Origin: Candidatus Eiseniibacteriota bacterium
GTDB lineage: Bacteria; Eisenbacteria; RBG-16-71-46; CAIMUX01; VGJL01
Direction: 5' to 3'
Length of the DNA stretch: 64,000 bases
Assembly (NCBI GenBank): GCA_041946735.1
Contig: JBHGAY010000011.1
Coordinates: 32,001-96,000, forward strand
The notes below the pieces were generated by a model that was not told the DNA's origin, ran no database searches, and saw nothing but the letters and a program-made list of their open reading frames with translations. The position numbers and the translations under genes are program-made. Below are positions 9,889-19,319 of this stretch, in pieces. Numbering within the stretch: position 1 is the stretch's first letter; the number at the start of each line of letters is the position of its first letter.

Positions 9889-12800
9889 TCACCGGCGCCG
9901 GTGACGGAGAGCGCGCGAGCGAGCCGCTCGACGCTCTCCTCCTGCCGCCTCGCCGCGCCCTCGCCGCCGGACCGGCGGTCAGCCGGGTGGCCGGCCTCCG
10001 TGCGCACGACCAGATAGTGCGTCGACCGCCGGCCGTCCGGCCAGGGGCGCACCCACGTGAGGCCGGTGCGCAGCGTCCCCTCTTCATCGGCGTGCTGCAT
10101 CCAGGCGACCGGGGCGGTGCGGCCAGCGATCGCGACCCGCCCTTCTTCGTCGGCCCCGCCGAGCATCGCCTGAAGTTCCGCTCGCGCCGCATCCTCGTCC
10201 AAAAGGGCGGGACGATCCATCACGATCGCTTCCGTGTCGCGCCAAGCGAGCCGGCGCCAGGCTTGGACGACCATCTCGGGCGGGCCGCCGTCGCTTCCCG
10301 CCCGGACGGCCCGGCGGATCAGCGATTGCGCGAGCGTCGCTGGCGGCGGGGGCGGCGCGGATGGCTGGCCGGGCGGTTGAGCGGGCGGCTGGCTGGGCGC
10401 AGCGTCGCCGCACGGCTCGGCGATGACGAGCCCGAGAGCGGGCGCCTCGATGCGAGCCGGCTCCTCCCGGCACGCGGCGAGCCCGAGAGACGGGACGGCA
10501 ACCGCGCGCTCGCCGAGGAAGGCGACGATCGACTCGAGGTTCGCGATCGTCGCGTTCGCATAAAGGTTGCGGGGCGCGCGGAACTCGATGCGCGGGCGGT
10601 CGTCGCTGTTGCGCGGCGCATCGCCGCAGTAGCGCTCGAGGTCCTCCCCGCCGATCAGGAACGTCGACGTGAGATCCCCGAAGCTCTCGATCCCGACCCG
10701 GGCGAGATCCTCGCGCACGCGCGGCTGCTGGAGCGCCGCGCGCACCTTCCTGTAGTCCAGTCCCGCCGGGGACTCGGCCTCGCCGGCGCTACCGAGGAAG
10801 AGGAGATCGCCCGGCATCGGCATCCAGACGGAGACATGCGGGAAGACGTCGAGGAAGGTACGGAGCACGATCTTCACGTCCTCGGGCGACATGTTGTACG
10901 TTTCGAGCCACTGCGCCATGACGCCGCCGGGAGCGAGGCGTTCGCGCGCCAGCTCGAAGAAGTCGCGCGTGAAGAGGTTCGAGATCCCGCTGATCCAGGG
11001 ATTCGAGGGCTCCGACGTGATGAGGTCGTAACGCCGTTTCTCAGCGAGCAGGAAGTTGCGCGCGTCGGCGACGATCAACTTCACCCGCGGATCGGAAAGG
11101 ACGTGGCCGTGCACGCCGGCGAAGTAGTCGGACGCTTCGACCACCTCGGGGGAGATCTCGAGGACATCGATCGAACGGGCCTCGGGATGCGTCGCGACCG
11201 AACCGACCGTAATCCCGCTGCCCAGGCCGATGACGAGCACGCGCCGCGGATCGGGGTGGACGAGCATCGGGATCTGCCCCAGCAGCACCTGCGTCGGAAG
11301 GTCGGTGCGGCTGCTCGCGTCGTCCTTGCCGTTGATGACCAGCACCCGCTCCTCGGGCGTCTCCTCGACGGCGACGACCCCGTCGATGCCTTCCTCGTAG
11401 TAGACGAGCTTCCGCTCGTACGCCTTCTCGCGGAGGCTTTGCCCGGGTTCGCGGTGAGCGAGCTCGGCGGCGTTGACGAAGACCCCGCTCGTCATGAGCA
11501 CCCGGTCCCAGCGGGGCGTGAGGAGCGCGACGGCCACGAACAGGACCGCCGCGGCGGCGACAGGAACGAGCGTGCGAGCCGGCCGGGCTGGCCGAGCCGG
11601 CCGGGCTTGCCCAGCAGGCAGGACTGGCGGAGCCGGCCGCCGGGCGAGGTAGAACGCAAGCGCGACGACCGCCTGGGCGGCGGCGGCGACGAGGATCGCG
11701 CCGCGGACGCCGATGGAGGGCAGTAGCCAGAGGCCCCCGAGGAGGGAGCCGGCCACGGTGCCGGCCGTGTTCGCCGCGTAGGCGATCCCCACGCCTCGGC
11801 CGATGCCGAGACGGGGCCGGGTCGCGAGGGAGGTCAGGAGCGGGAAGAGGGCGCCGAGGATCAGCGTCGGAACGAACATGACGAGGAAGCAGAGGACGAT
11901 CAGAAACCCCTGGAAGAGCGCGAAGCTCTGGTGGAGCGATGCCCAGCCGCGCAGGAACAGGCTCGGGAGCTGCGCGAGCAACGGGAGCGTCGCGAGCGAG
12001 GCGATACCGACCGCGAACTCGAGGATCGCGGCCCGCGCGAGGGGCGGTGGCCCAGGCGCCGCGCCGCCGGCGCGGCGCGACTCCGAGGCCGGCGCGCGCG
12101 CCGACTCCGAAGCGTGCGCGGACGCCGAGAAGAACCTCGCATGCAGGAGGCTCCCGGCCGCCAGGCCCGCCAGGTAGGTCGTCAGGGTGATGCTGAAGGC
12201 GTAGACGCTCGAGCCGATCACGAGAGTCAGCGCTCGGATCCAGGCGATCTCGTAGAGAAGGGCGGAGAAGCCGGAGATCGCGAACCCGGCCAGCAGGACG
12301 CGCGCGAGGCCGGCGGGGATGGGAGTCGCGATTGCCTCCCCCCCTAGCCTCTCCGCGCCCGCGGGCGCGGCGCCGCTGCCGGCTGGAGCGCCGCGCGGGT
12401 CGCCGCTCACACCCCTCCGTCCGCGGAGCGCGAGGAGGGCCGTCGCCGCGACGCCAAGATTCACGAGGACCCCGACGAGGATCGCTCCGCGGACGCCGAT
12501 TGCGGGGAGGAGCAAGTAGCCGGCGGCGAAGGTCCCCAGGGTCGCGCCGAGCGTGTTGACCCCGTAGAGGCGGGCGGTCTGGCGGGCGAGGGCCGGCAGG
12601 CTGGGCGTCAGTCCCCGGATCAGGAGGGGGAGAGTCCCACCCATCAGGAAGGTCGGCACGAGGAGCAACGCGAGGGCGAGGAGGAATCGCAGGAGGTGCG
12701 AGGCCGGTCCCGTCACGCCGGCGACCGCCGCGGCCTGGGCGTACCCCTGCTGCATCGCCGGGAAGAGCCAGGGAGTCGTGACCGCGTAGAGGCCGATGCC

Positions 12801-13076
12801 CGCCTCCAGCAGGGCGTAGAGCCGGATCGGGCGGGCCAGCCGGTCGGCGATCCTGCCGATGACGAGGCTCCCGGCGGCGAGCCCCAGCATGTAGGCGGTC
12901 AGGACGGCGGTCGTCGCATGCCCGGTGATCCCGAGGAAGAGCGAGAGCTGGCGCGCCCACACGACCTCGTAGATCAGGCCCGCGGCGCCGGAGAAGAAGA
13001 AGCAGGCGGCGAGAATCGGCGTGATGGACTCGAAGGGCGCTCGTGTCGCCTCGCGTGCGATCGCTGCCGCTTTCAT
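9885..13076 (-). CDS. Fused membrane domain/spermidine synthase-like protein
   Basis: SGAAGLIYEVVW, LYGVNTLGA repeated twice, IGLGSGIT, DARNFL, YDLITSEPSNPW; start ATG 13076 is inferred. Confidence 0.88.
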   Translation of the reverse strand: MKAAAIAREATRAPFESITPILAACFFFSGAAGLIYEVVWARQLSLFLGITGHATTAVLTAYMLGLAAGSLVIGRIADRLARPIRLYALLEAGIGLYAVTTPWLFPAMQQGYAQAAAVAGVTGPASHLLRFLLALALLLVPTFLMGGTLPLLIRGLTPSLPALARQTARLYGVNTLGATLGTFAAGYLLLPAIGVRGAILVGVLVNLGVAATALLALRGRRGVSGDPRGAPAGSGAAPAGAERLGGEAIATPIPAGLARVLLAGFAISGFSALLYEIAWIRALTLVIGSSVYAFSITLTTYLAGLAAGSLLHARFFSASAHASESARAPASESRRAGGAAPGPPPLARAAILEFAVGIASLATLPLLAQLPSLFLRGWASLHQSFALFQGFLIVLCFLVMFVPTLILGALFPLLTSLATRPRLGIGRGVGIAYAANTAGTVAGSLLGGLWLLPSIGVRGAILVAAAAQAVVALAFYLARRPAPPVLPAGQARPARPARPARTLVPVAAAAVLFVAVALLTPRWDRVLMTSGVFVNAAELAHREPGQSLREKAYERKLVYYEEGIDGVVAVEETPEERVLVINGKDDASSRTDLPTQVLLGQIPMLVHPDPRRVLVIGLGSGITVGSVATHPEARSIDVLEISPEVVEASDYFAGVHGHVLSDPRVKLIVADARNFLLAEKRRYDLITSEPSNPWISGISNLFTRDFFELARERLAPGGVMAQWLETYNMSPEDVKIVLRTFLDVFPHVSVWMPMPGDLLFLGSAGEAESPAGLDYRKVRAALQQPRVREDLARVGIESFGDLTSTFLIGGEDLERYCGDAPRNSDDRPRIEFRAPRNLYANATIANLESIVAFLGERAVAVPSLGLAACREEPARIEAPALGLVIAEPCGDAAPSQPPAQPPGQPSAPPPPPATLAQSLIRRAVRAGSDGGPPEMVVQAWRRLAWRDTEAIVMDRPALLDEDAARAELQAMLGGADEEGRVAIAGRTAPVAWMQHADEEGTLRTGLTWVRPWPDGRRSTHYLVVRTEAGHPADRRSGGEGAARRQEESVERLARALSVTGAGE

Positions 13077-13336
13077 CGCCCGCGATCCTACACCAGAAGG
13101 GGGTGGCGGGGACCTTCCGCCGTCCTCGCCGGATTGCGAGAGGCGCAGCGCGCGGCGACGCACCGGCCGCGACGTTCTGCCGCCCCTCCCGGGCACGCCG
13201 TCCCGGACGCGGTTCCGCCGCCCCGTCCCGGCCACGCCCGATTGCCTACCGCAAGACCGCGCCCTACCATGGGGAGACCGTTCCCCCCGGCTTCCAGGAC
13301 CTCGCTCCGTTCGATCGACGGAAGGAGAAGCGCGAG

Positions 13337-14938
13337 ATGAACCTCTCGTTGAAGAAACCGCAAAACCAGCCCCTGATCCCCTACGGAACGAGCGACGCCG
13401 AGTGGGAGGCGTTCCGCAAGGCGGTCTCCCGCACCCCGCGGGGAATGGATGTCCCGATGATCATCGGAGGCGAGGAGGTCCGCTCGAGCGAGAAGATCCA
13501 GTCGCTCAATCCCAGCACGGGGGAGGTATTCTGCACCGCCCAGAAGGCGACAGCAGAGCACACCCGCCTGGCGATCGAGGCGGCGCTGAAGGCGAAGGAG
13601 TCCTGGGCGAGCCTTCCGCCGGAGAACCGGATTCTGAAGTTCCGCGATCTCGAGGCGATCCTCTACGAGCGGCGCCACGAAATCTGCGCCGTCACGGCCG
13701 AGGAGTGCGGTTACATCGCGCCAGAGTGCTCGGGCGGCTGGGCCGAGATGATGGACTTCATCCGTTTCAATCCGTGGTACTACAAGGAGCTTCTCTCGAC
13801 GCAGCTCGGCGATGGCATCGGCGAGACGAACAGCCTGTTGCTTCGGGCGCTCAAAGGGTTCACGACCGCGATCACGCCGTTCAACTTCCCGATCGCGATC
13901 GGCTACAACCTCCCGACCGTCATGGCGCTGTGCGGCAACACCGTCGTGTGGAAGCCGTCGAGCGATGCGCCGATGACTTCGTGGATGTTGATGCGCGCCA
14001 TCCAGGACGCAGGCTTCCCGCCGGGCGTGATCAACATGCTGACAGGACCGGGCTCGGCGATCATGTCGCCCGTCCTGAAGCATCCGGAGCTTCTCTGCGT
14101 GAACTTCACCGGAAGCTACGACACGGCGCGATTCATCGCCGGGGAGCTGTTCGATCCCAAGACTCCGCGACCGCACTTCCCGCGCCTGGTGGCCGAGACG
14201 GGGGGCAAGGACTTCCTGATCGCCGACAAGCACAACGATCCGTGGGACATTGCGGCGAACATCATCTCCGGCGCGTACGGGCGAAGCGGGCAGAAGTGCT
14301 CCGCGAACAGCCTCGTCCTCGCCGACAAGAAGTTCTGGCCGGATCTGAAGGCGGCGCTCCTCGAGCAGATGGCGAAGTTTAAGATGGGCAACCCGCTCGA
14401 GCGCGATACGAATATGGGGCCGGTCATCAACGCGAACGCCTTCGGCAACATCACCGGCTTCATGCAGCGCGCCGCGAAGGACCCGAAGGTGAAGAAGGTC
14501 TGCGGCGGCGAGTTCTCCGACTCGAAGGGCTTCTACATTCAGCCGACGATCTACGAGGTGGACGCCGACGAGCACGAGCTGCTGTCGGTGGAGATCTTCG
14601 GCCCGGTCGTGGCGGTGAAGACGTACGACCACGTCGAGGAGGCGATCGACCGGATCCGGCGCAACACGTATCGATTGACGGGCGCCGTGTGCAGTCAGGA
14701 CGAGAGCTTCCTCGCGAAGTACGTCCCGATCCTCGCGGAGTACGCCGGCAACTTCTACGTGAATCGCAAGACCACCGGAGCGGTCGTCGATCAGCAGCCG
14801 TTCGGCGGGGACGGCGCGAGCGGCACGAACTACAAGGCGGGGGGAATCTGGTACCTCCTGCAGTTCGTCTCGCAAGGGAGCGTGACGCGCCGGCACACGC
14901 GGACGGTGAAAAGCCCCGGCATCTGGAACTGGATGTAA
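13337..14938 (+). CDS. pruA: 1-pyrroline-5-carboxylate (L-glutamate gamma-semialdehyde) dehydrogenase
   Basis: PFNF, FTGS, ETGGKD, GQKCSA, EIFGP, YRLTGAV, TGAVVDQQPFGG; GAAGGAG RBS. Confidence 0.92.
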   Translation: MNLSLKKPQNQPLIPYGTSDAEWEAFRKAVSRTPRGMDVPMIIGGEEVRSSEKIQSLNPSTGEVFCTAQKATAEHTRLAIEAALKAKESWASLPPENRILKFRDLEAILYERRHEICAVTAEECGYIAPECSGGWAEMMDFIRFNPWYYKELLSTQLGDGIGETNSLLLRALKGFTTAITPFNFPIAIGYNLPTVMALCGNTVVWKPSSDAPMTSWMLMRAIQDAGFPPGVINMLTGPGSAIMSPVLKHPELLCVNFTGSYDTARFIAGELFDPKTPRPHFPRLVAETGGKDFLIADKHNDPWDIAANIISGAYGRSGQKCSANSLVLADKKFWPDLKAALLEQMAKFKMGNPLERDTNMGPVINANAFGNITGFMQRAAKDPKVKKVCGGEFSDSKGFYIQPTIYEVDADEHELLSVEIFGPVVAVKTYDHVEEAIDRIRRNTYRLTGAVCSQDESFLAKYVPILAEYAGNFYVNRKTTGAVVDQQPFGGDGASGTNYKAGGIWYLLQFVSQGSVTRRHTRTVKSPGIWNWM

Positions 14939-14983
14939 GGCGGATGTAGGGACAGCGAAGCCCGCCGCCGCTGCTCGGGATGC

Positions 14984-15024
14984 GACGAAGCCGCCGGATG
15001 TCTCCGGCGGCTTCGTCCTTTTCT
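14984..15024 (+). terminator. Rho-independent terminator after pruA
   Basis: 15-bp perfect stem GACGAAGCCGCCGGA / TCCGGCGGCTTCGTC, 4-nt loop, followed by CTTTTCT. Confidence 0.85.
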
Positions 15025-15219
15025 CTCGGGGCCGCCAGCCGGCCTAATGTCCTTGCGCCATCCCGGACTGGCCCTTAGCCTGAATGCGCTTTCACGATCC
15101 TTGGGGCCGGCGTGCGTGGGCCGCCGCGCGAGTGGTTCCGCCATGCGGACCGCGATTGCGCGGATTGCGCGAGGCCAGCGATCACGCCGGCGTGACGGAG
15201 GGCAAGAGGAGGCGCCGGT

Positions 15220-15597
15220 ATGAACTGGTATCTCGGAGTCCTGAGGAAGTACGCGGTCTTCAGCGGGCGGGCGCGGCGGAAGGAGTACTGGTACTTCGCT
15301 CTGTTCAACGCGATCGTCTGCCTGGTCCTCATGTTGATCGATCGGCTGACACACACGTACAGCTCCACGTTCAGCATGGGGCTTCTCAGCGGGATCTATT
15401 CACTAGCGGTTTTGATCCCGAGCCTCGCCGTCGCGGTTCGTCGCCTGCACGACACGGGGCGCACCGGCTGGTGGCTCTTGCTGGCGCTCGTGCCGTTCCT
15501 CGGCGGCCTCGTCATCCTCGTCTTCACCGTTCAGGACAGCCGGCCGGGATCGAACCAATATGGAGCCAACCCGAAGGAGTTGCAGCCCGCGGCTTGA
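15220..15597 (+). CDS. DUF805 (YhaH/YhaI) inner membrane protein
   Basis: FSGRARRKEYWYF, VRRLHDTGRTGWW, NQYGANP; GAGGAGG RBS. Confidence 0.95.
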   Translation: MNWYLGVLRKYAVFSGRARRKEYWYFALFNAIVCLVLMLIDRLTHTYSSTFSMGLLSGIYSLAVLIPSLAVAVRRLHDTGRTGWWLLLALVPFLGGLVILVFTVQDSRPGSNQYGANPKELQPAA

Positions 15598-15665
15598 CCG
15601 GGAGCGTTCGGCGGCGTGAAGCGGGAGCCGCCCGGCGCGGCGCCGCTCCGCGCTGCCGGATGTCT

Positions 15666-16787
15666 CTACTCTGCGGACCGCCGCACGGTGATGTCGCCGC
15701 CCAGCGTGTCGACCCGCAGCTCGGCCGTCCCATCGCCGAGCACGCTGACCGTCCTGCGGCGGGCGCGGCCCAGGATCTCGCGCTCGCTGCCCGGCGGGAA
15801 GATCATGTGCCCGCCGAGGGTCGAGGCCCGAATGGTGACCGAGGCTTCCGGGGAGCAATCGACGAAGACGTCGCCGCCGGTCGAGCTGATCGAGGCGTTG
15901 CCTTCGCGGAGCGCGAGTCCCGAGACGCGCACGCGGCCGCCGAGCGTCCGGAACCGGAACGGGGCGCGCGGGCCGTGAGCGCGGAGCTCGCCGCCCATCG
16001 TCTCGAGGACCATCGGACCAGGATAATCGACCGCCTCGAGGTCGCCCCCCATGCTCCGCACTTCGAGCGCGGCGAGCGATTGCGGCACCTCGACCTCGAG
16101 CGTCCCGCGTCCCCAGGTGAGGACGTACTCGAGTCCGCTCTTGTGGACCTCGACCGCCTCGCCCCGCAAGACCTTCACGCGCGGCTCGCTCGACGCGCGC
16201 AGGATGATGTTGCCGCCTTTCGACGTCCCGCCGAGGCTCACGCGGAGCGCCTGCTGGATCTTCAGGCGCGCGTCAGGCGGCAGCGTGAACGAGCCGTCGA
16301 GGATCTCGACGCCGACCGTCCCCGGACGATGCTCCTCGAAGACGCGCTGCGCGGCGCCGAGCCCTTCGTCGACCGCGCGCTTCACCGTGTCGCGGACCTC
16401 CTCGAGAACCTGGCCGAGGCCGTCCACCCAGGCTGCGCCGCGGCCGGCCGAGCCGTTCTCCGGTCCGCCCGGGGCCGGGCCTGCGCCCGCGCGGTCGCCC
16501 GCTCCGGCACCGGTGCCGGCCCCTGCACCGGCGCCCGCGCCGGCGCCGGTGCCTGCGCCTGCCTCCGTGCCCGCCCCCGCTCCGGCAGCGAATCCGGCGG
16601 CCGCTCCGGCAGCGGCCGCCCCGGCCGCTGTCCATCCCGTCGCCTCTGTGCCCGCCGCCGGTCCCGCCGGTCCCGGGCCGGCCTCCGCTCCGAGGTCCTC
16701 GAGGCTGCGGAGAAGCCGCTCCCCTTCCTCCGGGGTGATCTTGCCTGCTGCCACCAGCCTCAGGATGTCGAGCCGCGTCTGGGACAT
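15666..16787 (-). CDS. SHOCT-like N-terminus (YvlB/LiaX type) plus DUF4097 beta-repeat protein with a long Ala/Gly linker
   Basis: ILRLVAAGKITPEEGERLLRSL; repeated xTxGGxV strands; AGGAGGT RBS. Confidence 0.8.
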   Translation of the reverse strand: MSQTRLDILRLVAAGKITPEEGERLLRSLEDLGAEAGPGPAGPAAGTEATGWTAAGAAAAGAAAGFAAGAGAGTEAGAGTGAGAGAGAGAGTGAGAGDRAGAGPAPGGPENGSAGRGAAWVDGLGQVLEEVRDTVKRAVDEGLGAAQRVFEEHRPGTVGVEILDGSFTLPPDARLKIQQALRVSLGGTSKGGNIILRASSEPRVKVLRGEAVEVHKSGLEYVLTWGRGTLEVEVPQSLAALEVRSMGGDLEAVDYPGPMVLETMGGELRAHGPRAPFRFRTLGGRVRVSGLALREGNASISSTGGDVFVDCSPEASVTIRASTLGGHMIFPPGSEREILGRARRRTVSVLGDGTAELRVDTLGGDITVRRSAE

Positions 16788-16877
16788 CGCTCACCTCCTC
16801 GGGGGCCCACCGGCGCCGCGCCCCGATGGCCGATTCTAACCCGTTCCCCTATCATGGCGGAGCCTGATCGCTGCCGA

Positions 16878-16927
16878 GATGCGCAAGATGCGCAAGGATG
16901 CGCAAGGATGCGCAAGGATGCGCGAAG
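16878..16927. repeat. Tandem ~10-bp repeat (GATGCGCAAG) x5 in the divergent intergenic region
   Basis: gatgcgcaa-gatgcgcaag-gatgcgcaag-gatgcgcaag-gatgcgcgaag, read directly. Confidence 0.9.
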
Positions 16928-16965
16928 CGTGCGCCGACCGATGCGGTCGATCCGAGGAGGTCCGA

Positions 16966-19251
16966 TTGAGAAGGCTCGTCTCGTGGAGGCTCGCCCACCG
17001 GCTCCCGCTCCCGCTCCCAATCCCGATCCGGATTCTGATCACGCTCATCGCCTTCGCTTTCGCCGGCGCTGCAGCCGCCTCACCGCCCGCCGTTGATAAT
17101 CCTTCCGGCGGCGCAATCGCGCGCCATGATCTATCCGCCTCGGTCGATCCGGCGTCGGGGCGGCTCACCGTCACCGACACCTTGCTCGTCCTGCATGGCG
17201 CCGGCGTGCCGCGCGCGACGGCGTTCCCCGTCCTGCTCAATCGATCCCTCGCGGTCGAGCGGGTCACCGGTCTCGGCGCCGGCTCCTCTGCCCTCGTCCG
17301 CTTCCGGGAGGACCGCTTGCGCCCTCGCGATTACTGGTTCCGTCCGCCGTATGGCGAGATGGGCGGGTACGACCGGGCGCGAACCGTCTGGATCGAGCCG
17401 CAGGAGACGGCCGGCGACTGGCCCGAGTCGCTTCGTATCGTCCTCTCCTACGCCGGCGTGCTGTACGACTCGCTGCGCGCGCCGAAGGCGGCCTACTCGC
17501 GCGGATTCGAAACGACGTCCGGGCTCGTCGATCCCCGCGGCGTCTTCCTCTCCGGAGGGAGCTTCTGGGTGCCGTCTCGTCCCGACGAGCGCTTCCTCTT
17601 CCGCTGCGCGCTCGATACTCCCGCCGGATGGCAGGCGGTCTCGCAGGGCGCTCTCGCGTGGGGCGGCGAGAACGCCGGACGCTACACGAATGTCTGGACG
17701 TCCCAGCAGCCGATGGAAGAGATCTATTACATTGCCGGACCGTACCGCCTTCGCGCGCAGCCGCATGGCGACGTGCAGGTGATGACGTTCACCTATGCCG
17801 CCACCGACTCGGCGACATGCCAGCGCTACATCGACGGCACCGGACGCTATCTCGATCTCTACGGGGACAGAATCGGTCCGTACCCGTTCCCGAAGTTCGC
17901 GCTGGTCGAGAACTTCTGGCAGACCGGCTTCGGCATGCCGTCCTTCACGCTGCTCGGCGATCAGGTGATCCGCCTGCCGTTCATCCTCGACACCTCCTAC
18001 GGCCACGAGATCCTCCACAATTGGTGGGGGAACGGCGTGTTCGTGGACTATGCTTCCGGGAACTGGTGCGAGGGGCTCACCACGTACGGCGCCGATTACT
18101 TGTACAAGGAGCGCGCAAGCGCGGAGGAGGCGCGCGAGTACCGGCGAAGCACCCTGCAGGGGTACTCCGACTACGTCAGCGCCTCGGAGGACTTCCCGCT
18201 ACGCGCGTTCCGCGAGCGCGAAGACTTTGCCACGCAGGCGGTCGGCTACGGCAAGTCGATGATGGTATTCCACCAGCTCCGCCGTCTGCTAGGAGACGAG
18301 GCGTTCTGGGCCGCCCTGCAGGATTTCTATCGCTCGCATCTGTTCCGCCGCGCTTCATGGGACGACCTGTTCGATTCGTTTTCGAAGCGCGCCGGAGCCG
18401 ACCTCGGCGCGTGGAAGGCGCAGTGGCTCGACCGGCCGGGGGCGCCGCGGCTGAAGATCGCGAGCCACGAGCTGCGCGAGTCGAAGAAGGGAGGCTGGGA
18501 CGTCGCGATCACGATCGAGCAGGACGGCGGCAGGGCCGCGCCGGCCGACGGCAGTCCCTTCGCCTACGACCTTCTCGTTCCGGTCGCGGTGGGGCGAGGG
18601 GAATCCGAGGAGAGCGCGCGTCAGATCGTCCGCATGCAGGGGATGCAGGCGGCCTGCACGATCCACGTGACGGAGCGCCCCGACTGGATCGCCGTCGACC
18701 CGGACTTCGATCTGCTGCGGCACATCGATCCGGCGGAGATCCCGCCGGCGCTCAGTCGCACGCTCGGCGCCGATACGGCGATCGTCGTGATTGCCTCAGG
18801 CCTCGACCCGGCGGCCGCGTCCGCCTATCGGGCGCTTGCGGAGGACTGGGCGAAGGGGGAGCGGCTCGCGATCCTCGAGGAGGGCTCGCTTCCCCCGGGC
18901 GCCCGCCCCGCAGTGCCGACCTGGTTCTTCGGGCTCGGGAGCCGGGCGCGCGAGGCGCTCGTCGCCGATCTCGGCGATCAGGCGAAGCCGAGTGAAGGAG
19001 GAGCGGGCTGGACGATCGCTGGAGAGGCCCAGCCGGGCGGGCGCTCGGTCGTCCTGGCGGGCGGCCCGCCGGATCGTCCCGGCGAGGCTTGGACGATCCT
19101 GGACGTCGCCGACCCGGCGCAGATCGCGTCGATCGGCCGCAAGGTGCCGCACTACGGCAAGTACGGATGGCTCGTCTTCGACGGCAGCACGAACGTGGGC
19201 AAGGGATCGTGGAGGGTGCGGTCGACGCCGCTGCGGCTCCAGCTGTCCTGA
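16966..19251 (+). CDS. Secreted M1 family aminopeptidase
   Basis: GFGMPSF, HEILHNWWGN...NWCEGL (HExxH..E), YGKS; signal peptide; TTG 16966 with GAGGAGG RBS. Confidence 0.88.
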   Translation: MRRLVSWRLAHRLPLPLPIPIRILITLIAFAFAGAAAASPPAVDNPSGGAIARHDLSASVDPASGRLTVTDTLLVLHGAGVPRATAFPVLLNRSLAVERVTGLGAGSSALVRFREDRLRPRDYWFRPPYGEMGGYDRARTVWIEPQETAGDWPESLRIVLSYAGVLYDSLRAPKAAYSRGFETTSGLVDPRGVFLSGGSFWVPSRPDERFLFRCALDTPAGWQAVSQGALAWGGENAGRYTNVWTSQQPMEEIYYIAGPYRLRAQPHGDVQVMTFTYAATDSATCQRYIDGTGRYLDLYGDRIGPYPFPKFALVENFWQTGFGMPSFTLLGDQVIRLPFILDTSYGHEILHNWWGNGVFVDYASGNWCEGLTTYGADYLYKERASAEEAREYRRSTLQGYSDYVSASEDFPLRAFREREDFATQAVGYGKSMMVFHQLRRLLGDEAFWAALQDFYRSHLFRRASWDDLFDSFSKRAGADLGAWKAQWLDRPGAPRLKIASHELRESKKGGWDVAITIEQDGGRAAPADGSPFAYDLLVPVAVGRGESEESARQIVRMQGMQAACTIHVTERPDWIAVDPDFDLLRHIDPAEIPPALSRTLGADTAIVVIASGLDPAAASAYRALAEDWAKGERLAILEEGSLPPGARPAVPTWFFGLGSRAREALVADLGDQAKPSEGGAGWTIAGEAQPGGRSVVLAGGPPDRPGEAWTILDVADPAQIASIGRKVPHYGKYGWLVFDGSTNVGKGSWRVRSTPLRLQLS

Positions 19252-19319
19252 TGCGGGCTCTTCGGCGCCCGGCGGCCTTGTGCAAGCAACGATCGACCGG
19301 ATGGACTTGGAGGAACGGA

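Noticed and set aside
16878..16927. Possible CRISPR array
   Set aside because: 10-bp tandem units with no spacers, and no cas genes in the window.
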